Program-made: the position numbers and the translations under genes
Shown here: positions 22,960-36,200 of the stretch, piece after piece
Numbering within the stretch: position 1 is the stretch's first letter
How the letters are laid out: each line of letters starts with the position of its first letter
Assembly: GCA_001643675.2 (NCBI GenBank)
Contig: LSRY02000023.1
Coordinates: 248,001 to 312,000 of the forward strand
Direction: 5' to 3'
Source of the DNA: Monocercomonoides exilis PA203
Taxonomy: Eukaryota > Protista > Preaxostyla
Length of the DNA: 64,000 nucleotides
The notes under the pieces: model-generated
What the model saw: the letters and a program-made list of their open reading frames with translations, nothing else
The model's database searches: none
Told to the model about the DNA's origin: nothing

Positions 22960-24396
22960 ATGAATATTTTCCGTGTCATATTTATAACTTTTCATTTCTT
23001 CAAACATAAACAAAATAATCTGCAACATCAGAATGCAATTTATCATAGAGTTTCATGTTAAAAAATTGGATAACTCCATAAAAACTTGTGATGATATCTT
23101 CAAGTCCTTCGTCTTCCATCTTTTCGAGAACCTTTCTCTTCATCTCCTTTCTTTTCGCTTCTTCCATTTCTTTATCCATCTTTCCTTTCAATGTTTTGGG
23201 TATTTCACTAAAAAAATCTTAAACAATATTTCGTAAATTCGTCAGTCAATGTTTGTTGCTGTATTTCTTCTGAAAAAAGGTCCATGGTTCCGCTTCTCAG
23301 CAAACCATCAACATTTAGAACTCCATGGGCTGCTGTCCCTAAAGAGAAGAGACAATTGCTAAATATAGCATGTTCATGCTCTCCTTCTGTTCTGCACAGA
23401 GTGACAAAATGTTGAGCAAATCTAACCTTTTCCTCTTCATGATTTTTGAAATACTCAAAAATAATATTGATTGTGTCAATCCATTTCAAAATAGAAAATC
23501 GAACTTCCTTTTCTTCCTTCGTCTCTTTGCCTTTTTCTTTTTCATTCCAATTCACACACTCCTTCAACTCATCAATTCGCGAGTTGCCTCTCTCGTAAAA
23601 CGCAGTTCATTCATAATAACACCCCTCAAACTTTCGTCTTTGTAATATCTGCTTATCAAAAATCTCCAAGCAGAAGGATATGCAATTCGTGTCAGATTAT
23701 GGTGTTCCTGATGGTGTTTAATAATTTCTGTTATTTCTTTAAAATGCAACTTTTGCCTAACGTACTAACATAAGAAAATACAAAAATAAATAGCATCAAA
23801 AATAAAATAGAAATGCTCATGCATCAAAGACATAAATGTTGCCCAATGATAGCAATGCCATTTCCACTTCTTTTTGTGTTTTTTTTTTTTCTTTTCTCTT
23901 TCTTCAACGCAGTTGTGAGGAGGCAAGGTGCACAAACTGAAAGTAATTCATATTGAAAGTCGTAGCAAAGAGAAACATAGATTTCACAAAGATCAATCAG
24001 ACGCTTTTCGTTCCTTCCTTCTTTCTTCTTATTTTCCTCAACAATCATCTTCTCGAATCTTTCACGGAGCAAAGAATCATAAAAAGCGTTACTATAAAAT
24101 TGATTGGTTGTATTGCAATATCCAGCGTGCTTCAGCAATAAAAGAGCATTGTTCAAAAGCAATTTCTTTTTTCTGATCATTTTGCTCATTCTGTCGAACG
24201 TTTCAATTGTGAATACAGAAATAAAAGTTTCATTATTCATATTGTTCATTATTCCATTCATTTCAATGATTTTCTGTTTTTGATTGCCTTTGGAGAAACA
24301 ATCTAATTCATTTAATTTTTCTATTATTGTTGCACAATCTCATTTTTCAAAAAACAATAATATTCACAAACTCAAAAACTTTTCTTTTGCGTTCAT
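22960..24396 (-). pseudogene. Frameshifted member of a lineage-specific helical (ARM-like) multicopy family
   Basis: ATG 24396 (MNAKEKFL) plus intron, then one continuous protein (…TQKEVEMALLSL…KEITEIIKHHQEHHNLT…EKMEDEGLEDII) broken by three frameshifts at ~23885, ~23570 and ~23212. Confidence 0.7.
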
Positions 24397-24676
24397 CTCC
24401 TACATTTTTAAATACGTTGCGAAAAGAAAGCAACACCATTTTGGCATTCATTTTGAATTCATATTTGTTTGGAAAGAATAAATTGAAGAAAAACAAAGAT
24501 TTTGAAAATATGGTATATTTTAATGGAAATACTGATCAAAACATTTTTAAAAAAATAATTATACGATATCAAGATATGAGATTAATGAATAGATCTATCC
24601 TTCTATATTTCTTGTATTCTTGTGAGATGATTTTATCGAAAGTTTTTATTTAGGAGTTCATTTTCTCAAATATTGA

Positions 24677-24863
24677 ATATGGGACAAAATGTTTTGCTTT
24701 ATGAGTTTTGTTCCATTCTGAAATTTCAAAGTTATTTCTCAACTATATAATATTCGTGCATATTAACACATGGAAATGAAAGAATAATTATTAAAAGAAT
24801 GCATCAAAAAGTTTGGAACAAATCATTGCTTTTTTTCATAAATGAAAGAATTTTGTCCCATAT
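24677..24863. mobile_element. Small MITE-like element with 14-bp inverted ends
   Basis: ATATGGGACAAAAT (24677-24690) and ATTTTGTCCCATAT (24850-24863) are exact reverse complements; non-coding interior. Confidence 0.5.
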
Positions 24864-25041
24864 GGATAATAGAGCACTCGCACCATTAATATTTTGATTC
24901 ATTTTGAAGATGTTTTTTTTAAAGCGTTCTCAAAACCCAAGAATCTGATTAATAATGTATAGAAAATACTTTTGATTTTCAAAGCAGAACATCATCGAAG
25001 AATCTGGATACTGTGAAGCAATATGCAGATATGGTGATGAA

Positions 25042-26479
25042 GGGTTATTCTATTACCTCTGGCCCTTTTTTACCACTTCCTTTTTTTGTGGAGCTATATA
25101 TGGTTTAATACAAGCTCGTGGCCAACGAAAAATAACGAGAAATGTTTTTTTAAATACATTTAACTTATACAGTCAAAACCGGATATAATCACGCCGGTTT
25201 TTGCACGACTTTTTGTGACTATATCCGATTGTGATTATAAGCGATGTGACTAAACACAGAAAAAAATGAAATTTAATTTATGGAATAATTAATTTTGGGT
25301 CAATTTTTTTATTTTTGAAAAAACTTGACAAATACACATTTTTCAATAAAAATAACAATTTTTATTGTTTTATTATGTTATTCAGACTTATTAAAACATT
25401 ATTTTGAAAAATCAAAAAATCGAAATTTTTGATCAAATAATCGATTTTTCATTGAAAAATCCACCCATTTTAATAAAAAATGTGATTATATATTTCCATC
25501 CCTGTGATAATATTCGATGAAAAATGAATGAAAAATGAGCTTATAAAGTCGGTGCATGGAAAAATGTGACTATAAACGAATGTGATTGTATTTGATGTGA
25601 TTATATCCGGTTTTGATTGTACATAAATAATTTTTAAACAATTTTTTTTTAACTTAGAAATCTCTGTATTTTTTTAATTTTATTTTTTGATCATTGAATT
25701 GATGGTCTTTCCATGGATATAACATTCTGGAAGTTTTAAGCTACACCATCATTACACCTCATATCCTTTTTATTGTTTTTATAACTTTTCACATTTCACA
25801 AGCTTCTTTTTCACTTGTTTTCTCATTTCATCGACTTTTCGAAAAAATGCAATTTCATAAGGAATGATGAATTTTTGAAAAAAATTTTAAGATTATTCTT
25901 GATATATGATAGAATGTTAATTATGTTGATATACAAAAAAGTATTTCAAATTTGATTTTAAACAGAAAAATGAAAAACATCATTTTCGGAAGTTTTGATT
26001 TTTTTCAGCCAGTAACATGTTTTCAGCAAAATATTGAATGAGTGTCCAACAATATATTAAGTTAAAAATAAGATACAGCTCATGAAATTAAAAAATTGTC
26101 TTTTATTCAATCAAAAATTGCATTTTATCGAAAAGTCGATGAAATGAGAAAACAAGTGAAAAAGAAGCTTGTGAAATGTGAAAAGTTATAAAAACAATAA
26201 AAAGGATATGAGGTGTAATGATGGTGTAGCTTAAAACTTCCAGAATGTTATATTCATGGAAAGACCATCAATTCAATGATCAAAATATGAAATTAAAAAA
26301 TACCGAGATCTCAAAGAAAAAAAATTTTCGTAAAAAATTTTTTTCTGTAAAAGTTAAATTTATTAAAATAAACATTTCTAGTTATTTTTTGTTGGCTACA
26401 AGCTTGTATTAAGCCGCAGCCAGCTCCACAAAAAAAAGGGTGGGGGAAAAAAAAAGGGTCAGAGGTAAAAGTGTAACCC
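25042..26479. mobile_element. Foldback (long-TIR) non-autonomous element
   Basis: Left arm 25042-25855 (interrupted by a MITE) is the reverse complement of right arm 26115-26479; termini GGGTTA…TAACCC; ~260 bp spacer; no TSD seen. Confidence 0.85.
25170..25619. mobile_element. 450-bp Tc1/mariner (pogo/Tigger-type) MITE
   Basis: 23-bp TIR CAGTCAAAACCGGATATAATCAC with 1 mismatch; TA duplication at 25168-25169 and 25620-25621; repeated TGTGAYTATA subterminal motifs; absent from the opposite foldback arm. Confidence 0.92.
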
Positions 26480-26559
26480 TATTTAAACAGTTTGAAATAT
26501 ACAAGTTTCTTTCATCTCAGAATGTGCCTTTTCCTTATCCCTTTCATTTAATATTGACA

Positions 26560-28940
26560 AATAATGGAAAAATATCCTTCTTCAAACATTTGAAATTCCA
26601 TAAAAAAATCGTGTTTTCTTTGCTAGTAAACAATTCTGATAAGAATGAAGATATTGCATGTGCTTCTGGTGTAACTTCTGGCTGACGTGATGGGAAATTT
26701 CTCATCAACCTTCTTGTGTCCGGGGCAGCACAGCAGTCAAATCTTCTATCATTTCTTTTTGTTTTCTTTGTCTTCTTCTCCATTCAGCAGGCGGAGAAGC
26801 GAAGAGAAGAAGGCAGCAGGAGATGATCAGCCATCGTTTTTATCAGCGCCTGCGATTGACCCTTCGGATGCCAATGCGGTGGCAGCATCATGCACTTCGA
26901 CAGGAGCGTGGACCACTTCGAATGGTGGCTGGGGAGTATGTAAATCAAAAGATATCGTTTCTGAGGGAGCAACACACGCTTCGAAGATATGTTGTGGCTC
27001 GGAAGGGGGTGCTGTATGGGGGTGTTGTGTGTGCATACGATGTGGCGCTTTCAGCGATGCTTTCGGTTCCGTTGGTCGCCCCGCTTCCTTCGCTTGCAGC
27101 GTCGGTGGGCACGAAGTCGGGGAGCAAGCGGATCTTTGCGGCAGCAGATGTGAATGCGTTCCCTTCAATCTGCGATCTGTTTGACCCGTCGCTACAGATA
27201 TGGTGATCGTCTCAATTGAAATATTTGGTGGTGAAGCTGGACGATGAAGTGATGTGGCGAGGGGTGGCAGTGTGTGAAGTGGTGGAAATTGTGGAGAAAG
27301 GGCTGTGGATGGAAGGGATGAGAATGGAGGATGTGGTTCTATCGCCAGCAACGATTGTGCTGGAGGAGCTGGAAGAGTGAGAAGAGGCAGAGGAAGGAGA
27401 AAAGGGAGACAAAGAGGGAAAGGAAGATGGAGGGAGAGAGAGAGGTAATGGGAACGAGGAGAAAGGTGGGTATCCGACAGCGCACAGAGAGTTTGTGGAG
27501 AGAATCAAAGAGAAACAGGGAAAGCTGGAAGAAGCGATGGCTCTGCTGGTTGTGGAGGTAATTGGGCTGAGTCGGCTGAGGTTTGTGAAGGCGGTTCTGG
27601 AGACAGAGACTTAGGCAGGTGCAGACAAGCAGAATTCAGCATAACCCGAAGTGTGCAATTCTTCTCCAGCAGATGGCATTCGACAAGAGATTTCAAGAGA
27701 AGACGAGATTTGGTCATCAGCAGAAGCAGATAGGTCTTTAGGAATAACTTCAGATGGAAGTGAAGGAAGTGTGGGGATAGATGGAAAACAGATGCAAATG
27801 AAGACGAATGGTTTGAAAATGAGTGAGGAAAAAGATAAACCCGATGAAGAAGTCGGTGAAATAAGTCGTTTGATTAATGAGGACTGATAAGAAGAAGAGG
27901 AGAAAGAGGAGGAAAATGGAGGAAAAATTGAGTGCAGATAGAAGAGCGGAGTGCCGTGGTTGTTCTATCTGGTCGAGGGCCGAAGAGCAGTGCCTTGAAC
28001 TGAAAAGACAATCAGTAAATGATGCGTGTGCGCATTGGATACGGGAAGACCTTGGATGCGCTGGGAGAGCTGAACATGCAGCTGCCTTGAAGCTGTGCAA
28101 AAATGCAGATGAAATGGTGGAGATCCAGTTGAGGAACAAAGTCGAAGAGGAATTTAACTTTATAGCCATGTGAGATCCTCATGCAGCATGGGACTAAGAG
28201 AGAAGCAGGGATGAAGCAGACGATTGTGGAAGATTTGGCGGCTATGGTTTTCGTGCTTGTTGAATGGTTCGAGCACAAAGCAGAGGAGTTCGAGTTTGCG
28301 ATTGATATCTTTATCAGCCAGGATGAGCTGATCCACCTTGCGAATGCGCACATTGTAATGCAGCCACAGCCACTGTGCTGTTGAATGACAGCGTCTATTG
28401 TGATGGAGTACAGATGATTAGGTGAAGGTAAAATTCATATCGGAGAAGGGAATTGAAGCTGCACGGCAGAGCAGAAAAGGAGTAGAAGCAGGTAATGCGA
28501 AGGAGATTCTGAGCAATTGTTCTGCGACACTATCAGTGCATGCGTTTGGGAGTGTGTTTGATGGGGCGTCTGATGCGGATAAACAGCTGATATGGCGAGG
28601 CAAGTGAATGGAGGCGGATGTGAAGAAGGGTCGGCGCAGGATTCATTCAAAAAGTTAGACAAGAGGCTCGGTACAGAAGAGGAGTTTATTCAGAGAAGAC
28701 AGTCGAATGCTGTTCAGATGATGGGTTTACGCGGCTATGATGCTTAGAACGCCATTTCTTTCTGACAACGCTTTCTCAGCGGTTGTTCCTGTGGATGCTC
28801 CCATGGCATTGAAGATGGAAGCAGAGAATCTGCATTACAATTTTGTTTTTTCTTCTTATTCGTCGTCATCGTCAATTTCTATTTTTTATTAAAGTGTCTG
28901 TTCCTTCTTCTCATCATCCTTTTCATCTCAAATATCTCAT
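26560..28940 (+). repeat. Left copy of a ~2.4 kb inverted duplication (decayed gene of a lineage-specific family)
   Basis: Reverse complement of ~41400-43890; identical short ORFs in the ORF track (e.g. MKVKFISEKG…, MQHGTK…); many stops. Confidence 0.9.
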
Positions 28941-29007
28941 CTGCCACATTCCTTTTCTTCTCTCTCTTCATCAGCCTCAGCACATGCATCTCTGGAAGCA
29001 CCTGCTT

Positions 29008-31600
29008 TTAACAGTATATCAAATGCGTGTGTTCTGACGAGTTGCTCATCGATGTGCTTGTATCATTGGCTTTACGGTGTTTGTGCAGCTCCATCGACCG
29101 CCTCATCTCCTGATGCGAAGAAGAAGAGCACTTGTGCGACGAATGGGACGAAGGCATTGGTGGAGGAACATCGTTAAGAGGAGAAGGGGATCTGAACAGA
29201 CGAGGAGGAGAATAGAAGAAGCGCTTCTGTGACGAGGTTTGTGAAGATGGAGAGAATGTGCCAAGGAGAAGCGGTGGGGCATCGGCAGTGGAGAAGGAAA
29301 GAGGAGCAGACAGAGCTGATGAAAGAGATGAGGAGGAAGTGGTGGAGATGACAACAGACGAAGTGACTGCAGCTGGCAAGTTTGATGAGGTGGTTGAGGC
29401 TGCAATAGCAGTAGATTGTTGGAGGCTTTCTGGCTGAGCCAAATGAGACTGACGCGAGGGAGAGCTCGCCTGTGTGATTGACTGCTGCGATGTGGCTGAG
29501 GAAGTGCTGGTGTGGAGAGAGTTCGTGTTCAAAGAGGAAGACAATGATTGAGATTGAGACTGAGACTGAGATGAAGGCTGAGGCTGTCGTGTGAGTGCAG
29601 AGCCAGGAGAGATGGATGAAGACATCTGCCGGATGGTCTGAGAGAAGGATAGAAGAGCAGAGAAAGAGGAGGAAGCGAGAGATGTTGGAGAAGTCAGAGA
29701 GGACAAGGAAGAAGAAGCAGAGGAAGATAAACGTGGAAGGGGAAAAGACGACTACGAAGAAGAAGATGATGATGATTGAATGGATGCAGTTGAAGATCCC
29801 CCAAGCACAATCGCAGGAGCCAACAGTGATGCAGAAACAGAAAACGATGTGTCATCAAAGAAAGAGCGAAGCATGGCTAACTCAAAAGTGGTGGAAAATG
29901 GAGTGTTTGAAGTGCTTATCTCAGAGCGGTGAGCTGTTGATGAGTGTGTGCGTGCTATTGACGTGGTTGTTTGAGTGATGGAGGGTTCAGGGAAGATAGA
30001 GGCAGTGGCTGAGACAGAGGCAAAGGAGGATACTGCAAATGAAGGAAAAGCAGATATAGAAGAAGATGAAGATGAAGAAGGAGAAGGAGAAGGAGAGGAA
30101 GAGGAAGACGCTAAATTTCCAAGTGGCATTTGAGTTGATTGAGTTCCAAGCTTCAGATTTATCGATCCTTTCGTCTTGTTTGTCGATATCACACTGAGCG
30201 CAGAATTCACGGACTGCAACTGGATATTTTCTCCTCCTTTTCCGGTTGGAGTGATTGAAGATTCATTCACTGTTTGTATTGTTATGAGAGCGGGAGTGGG
30301 GGTCACAGGAATTAGTGTCTTGTTGGGCTGCCTGGGTGACTGCAGCTGAGAATTCGAAGCAGAAGAGGCCTGAGAGGAAGAAGTGGAATTACTCGAAGCA
30401 TAACCAACAGAGTTTGCATTCTGATCTGTTGGGAGTATTTTTCTCGTCTGCACAACCAGCCTCACGTCATCGAATGTCTGCTGTGTCTGTGTTTGAACAG
30501 GCCTCTTCTTTGATGTTCTGAATGAAGCAGAGGCAGAAGAAAAGCGGTTGACAGATGCAGACGACGAAAGCACACTCGAATTCCAGCGGGTCGGAACAGA
30601 AGACGGCTGCAAAGGAACTCGGGGCAGAGAAGAAGGGTTGATTGGGGATGTGTATTGCATCAGCTTCAATGGAGAACAAGAAAGAGTTTGAGTCTTGTTA
30701 AGCACTTCAGCATGGGAAGAGGCAGAGTGGGAAGAGAAGTTGGATGTTGAAGAGGAAGAGGAAAAAGACGACGATGAATTTGGATAAGGAGGAGGAAGAG
30801 GAGAAGAAGGAGAATGAGAAGAGAATGAAGAAAAAGAAGAATAAAATGAATGAGAACGAGAAGAAGAAGAAGAAGAAACAGAAGAAAATTAAGAAGAAGA
30901 AGATGATGGTGATGAAGAAACAGAAGAAGAAGAAGAAGAAGAAGAAGAAGAAGAAGAAGAAGAAGAGGAAGGAATAGGAAAGAGAGGAAACAACGGCTGG
31001 AGTTGAATGGCTTGGGGAAACGAATGGAGATAAAGCATTAGGTTGTGCAGGAGTTTTTGTATGTTGTGAGCGAAGAGTGGGAGGTGAATAAGGAAGGGCG
31101 GAAGACGAGGAAGTATATGGAGAAAGAGAAGATTCATGAGGTGTAGACGTATGCGTGTGATGTGGTGATGACGAGAACGACAGCTTCGCGGAGGTCCGCA
31201 GAGGTGCTGATGCAAGCGCCAGAATCGATCACGCTGCAAAGTGGCAGTGCGAAAAGTGCATAAAGTATTGCACTGAGGCATGATGGCACTCTTCCGTAGT
31301 TTTGGGCGTTATACTTCTTGCTGAGAAAAGTGTTTGTTCTATATTCAGTTCATTTGATGATTCTATTGTCGAATGTGTGTTGCAGCTGAGAGTGAGGGCT
31401 CATGGTGGGGTGAAAGCAGAAGGGAGGGTGCTGGAGGCAAAGTGTGGATGCAGGAAGAATATGTCGCAGGATGCGGAGAAAAAAGTGCTTCTTGAGTTTC
31501 TGGAGAAAAAAAACTAGCAAAGAGAAGATATGGACTTGATGATGATTTAATGGTAGTTAAAGGAGAAGAGCGTATCTGAAATTGTGGTTTTGATGCTGTA
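29008..31600 (-). pseudogene. Broken Ser-rich low-complexity gene remnant
   Basis: Consecutive Ser-rich ORFs (29752-30705, 29008-29706) separated by an in-frame stop in a Ser run; upstream coding-like sequence is fragmented. Confidence 0.45.
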
Positions 31601-31799
31601 GGCTGTATGTGGGACAGTGCTGTGGCGCAACTGCATGAGATAACAATGGTGAAAGGGATGCAAGTGTATTGAAGTTTCGCTATCAGATCAATGTGCATAT
31701 TTTTGTGTTTGGAATAGAAGAAGAAAAGTAGTGGGATGAGGAGGAAGAAGAGATGATGATGAAGAGACATTGAAAATGGAGTGAAGAGGAAGGGAAGAT

Positions 31800-32500
31800 G
31801 AAAGAGAGAAGATAAGTTCTGATAATTCTGTTTCAACACTTGCTGATATCATCACTGAATTGGATGTTGAACTTGAATCAGAGACTGTCCAACCACTTTC
31901 ATCATCATTTCCTTTGACTGCATATTTCTGTCCAGCAAAAGCTAATTCATCGCTCATCAAAATCATTCCATTCACAATGACTTTCTTTGTTCCTGTTTGA
32001 CGTGTGAGTGAGTGTTTCATTGTCAAGCAAGGGAATTGGACAATTCCGCAATGAGAATGATTGGATGCATCTGTACCACTCACACGTATTTTTTCTGGTA
32101 TGGGGAGGAGATAGATGCAGAGAGGGATGGCGGCGCTGGTGTTTCCATTGTCGTATCCTCTCACTCTGTCGACTGAGTCCAAAGAGGCTGTTTCATATGA
32201 GATTATTTGAGGATTGGCGACTGCCTACAGATTGGATGAAATGACAAAGATATCTTTTCCCCATATGGCTGTGTTTGTACCAAACGAAGAGGAGATCAAG
32301 AAATCTGGGTTTTCATTCAATAATCGAAGAAGAATTAATCCCCCAAGTCCATATGATGCAGAGCAATAGCGCCCATCAAAAGATCCACCTTTCACTTTCA
32401 CTTCATTTCTATTCCCAACATACAGAATCATCAACACTCAGTTGGCTGATGTTGCGCTTCAACATCCTGATATTGCTCCAGAATTCTGATCTTTATTTGT
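31800..32500 (-). pseudogene. Fragment of the large extracellular (beta-helix-like) multigene family
   Basis: GGSFDG…GLGGLILL, AIWGKDIFVIS, RVRGYDNGNTSAAIPLCIYLL…CGIVQFPCLTMKHSL; stop at ~32225; no proper start or end. Confidence 0.55.
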
Positions 32501-33215
32501 ATTGTTATTGAAAAAACAATTGTTGGCTATCAACAGTTGACTATTCAATTCAAAAAACATGATTGAATAATAAATTAATAAAAAAATATATTTGTTAAAA
32601 TAAAATGAAAACCACTAAATTTATCATAATTTCAGATTCATCGAATATGTGTGTTCAGTTTTTGCATTTATGTCAAGTTCATGAACACAATGTTAATGGA
32701 AAATTCCATTCAAATGAAAATACGAATTAACATTGAAAATCAAGTTTGTCAGGATAAAGAATCGAAACATACCTTGCACATTTCATTTATAAACAATTGC
32801 AAAGTGGTTCAATTAAATGATACTCTTTTTCATTGAAAAATTGATATTTCAATTCTGATCAAAGAAAATGACACATAATTTTTTGATTCGGATTATTGAT
32901 TTTCATTAAAAGATTTTCAGCCAACTTGCTAACAATATTATGTTACAAACATATTTCATGAGAATTATGGAAACGGAGTGTTTTTGAATTAACTTTCATG
33001 GGACAAATTTTTGATCTTCAGCGACTTTTCAAAAAGAATGACCCATATGGTAAAAATATTTAACAAAAAACATTTGGCACACAAAATGAAAAAGACGATA
33101 TTTTGTTTTTCGTGTTAAACTCGTCATTCACAAATATTTATATATTATAGCTTAATTATATGATATTATTCTAAATAATGCATTATTTGAACGTTAGAAA
33201 AAGGTGTGAATAATA

Positions 33216-36200
33216 GATGGTATTGGAATAAGAAAATTTTATTGAAATAAAAATAATAATTCGAATAACCAAAGTTTATTCCAGATAACACCAGTTTATT
33301 CGAGTAAAAAAAATTTATTCCAGAAAGACCAAGTTTATTCCAATTAATCCCTCAACAAAAATGTTTATGATCCTTTTTGTCAGTTCGAATGCACTGAATA
33401 TTCAGAACATTAAAAGATAAATTAACAATATTTATTCATGGAAATTCAATTCCGAAAATGCATGTTTAACAGTTATGGTCATAAATTAAAAATGTTAATC
33501 TGTTGTCCTGAATAACAGTATCTGAGATCGAATGAAATTACATGAAATACTTCATATCGAAAGGTCTATATTTTCGAAATTATGAATGCGGTACGTTAAC
33601 ATGCAAAATTGGCTGAATATTACTCAATGAAGGAAAAAGAGGTAATAAAAGAGGAAATGAAAAGAAATCAGTTAATTATTCGAAGAACATATTTACAGAT
33701 TTGAGAAAAAATCAAACGTACAAAGGAGATAATGAAAAAGCTTTTCCTCGAAAGAGATTTCAGATTTTTAAATCTGAATAGGAGCGGAAAATGGCAAAGG
33801 GGAGAGTGAATGTGTCTTTGTCTGCAGTTTCACTTCATGCTCACTTACAGGTTTAAATGGTGGAGGGATATGCCGTATTACTGTTCCAGCTGCATTCAAA
33901 ATGAGGAACCTTCAATTTATTTCGTACATCGCATTATCATATGGAGGCGGATAGTATTTTAATCCTTATCAATCAACAGCTCCAAGCAACAACACTTATT
34001 GTTATTTCCTCTTCTTCCACAATTGCAGATGCACTAATTCTATTCCATATGGTCACGATGTACATTTTGTGGACAGTTACAATCTTTTTTCATCGGCTAA
34101 CCCGTTCTACGAATCGTACACAACGAACAGCAATGCAAACAGATTATGCTATGCTTATTATTCAGGCGGTTGGCAATATCAGCATACAGAAAAGAAGATG
34201 CGGTTGAAGGAATGAACGAAGGATCGATTTGTTGGGGAGAATGGAGATGGCTCGAGCTGCATATGCGGGATGAGTAAGGAAGCTCCATACAAAACGGTGG
34301 GATATGCTGCATGGGGAAGCATTTCACAACTGACTACGGAAATCACAGTGCTGAGTGGGAGGCATATGAGCGAAAATTCAATAATCAGTGTTGGGGAAAA
34401 GAAGATTTCTGTTGTTGGAAGAGGGAAAGCAGTGAGTGTGATTGGGACAAATTCTCTTTCTTTGTCTTATACAATGCTGCTTAGCATATCTTCTGGCCAA
34501 CTATAGGTGGGATATGTGGGGATCGATCACAACTCTATCAGAAGTCCATTGTAAAATGTGTTTGCGGTATCACTCTGGAAACAGCAGGAAACAATCCGCA
34601 ATCGAGCTCAGCTTTTTTGCTCATCTCCAATCTACCATTTTTCTCATTTGTGTAGCATTCTCTTATCCTCTGCCATCTGCTCAGCCTCGCTCAGATTTCG
34701 TAGACAGGACAAGACAGACACTGCTTTCAACGGCCAAAGATGGAAAATCTGGCTTTACTCAGTCCCCACAGATTTCTCTGTTGTTGTCAAAATCGCACTG
34801 TTCCTCCCCCGCCTCCTCGCCTTATTCTTCTCCTTCTCCTTCTCCTTCTTCAACCTCTTCCTCTTTTTCTCCTTCTTCTTTTTCTTCTGCTGCTTCTTCA
34901 TCTTCGTATTCTTCTTCTTCTGCGATTTGCCCTTTTCCACCAACTGCCCCATCTTCAACTACGTAATTGTCTTCTTCATCAACTTCTTCTCCAACTTTTT
35001 CGATGCCATTATCACTTTCTTTGCATTGGATCGGAATATCGACCTTCTGATTCATTAAAGCTGTTCAATCGGAAGCACAGACAAACTGAACTAAATATTA
35101 TTTCATTCACTTTTTATTCTCTCAACATCAACATAATTGTTATCAATGCCTTTAATTGTTTTGCAAAAAATGCATCAGAACTGCTTTCCTCTTCTGCAGT
35201 GGTGCATTTCGCTCTGCTTCAGATCTTCGTACAGCTTCAGCGCTCCGGCTGTGCTAAACAGGGTGAATGAGGCGAATGGGCATCGAATGAGAAATGGCAG
35301 TGGAAGAGGGAAGGAGCTTCAAGGCACATTGCATTCATCTGCTCGCTTTATGACACCACCAAGAAGCGAAGAGAGAGGAGCGCATGTTCTAATAGAAGAG
35401 GCAAAGAAGGCGGATTTCATAAGAAAAGCGAGCGTTGAGCAGAGCAAAGGGAGACAGCAGGAAGAATCAAAGACAAAGATGAAGACGAAACAGAAAGACG
35501 AGTTTTGCACATCGCAAATTGACGCTTTCGACACAAGGCTTGCACAGGCAGCAGCAATAAGGAGGAGGAGGGACAGGGGAAGAGAAGAATGAGGTAATGA
35601 TAAAGATGAACAGCAGCAAACATTTTACTCGTTCGGCAGCACGCTCTCATCTGCCCAGCTGCACACTCAAAACATCACAGCTTCCTCAACATTTGCTTCT
35701 CCTCCTTTTTCTCCCTTGCCACACACACAATTGTCTGCTCCTTCTGTTCTTGTTGACACTCCGCCGAAGCCCCTCACGCCTTCATCTCCCACCACAGACT
35801 TCTCATCACTCACACAAAAGTCCCTCCGCACATTCAACCCTAGCTCTTCTTCTTTATCGTCCGTGCCTTCATTTTCCTTTTCCAACCATTCGTTCATTGG
35901 GTTCTATGATTCTCGAAGTGCTGCAGTCAATAAAAGTGCAAGGAATCTACCAAAGCCATGGAGATAGAAGAAAGCAGACGATAAGGAAAATTTCTTTTCT
36001 TCGTGCGAATGGAATGACTCAAAAACAACAGGAACATCATTATCTGTAACTGAATGAGTTTCGAGTGGAGTGGTGAACAACAAGCACAATCAGGTATATT
36101 GAATGATTTCATCGAAATATTTTTCCTTATGCAATTGGATATTGTTTTTGGTTTTTTTTCTTGTTTGATCATAAATGTGAATAATAGATAGAAATAAATT

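Noticed and set aside
25041-25047. Telomeric array at the foldback ends
   Set aside because: Only a single AGGGTTA/TAACCCT unit per end; not an array
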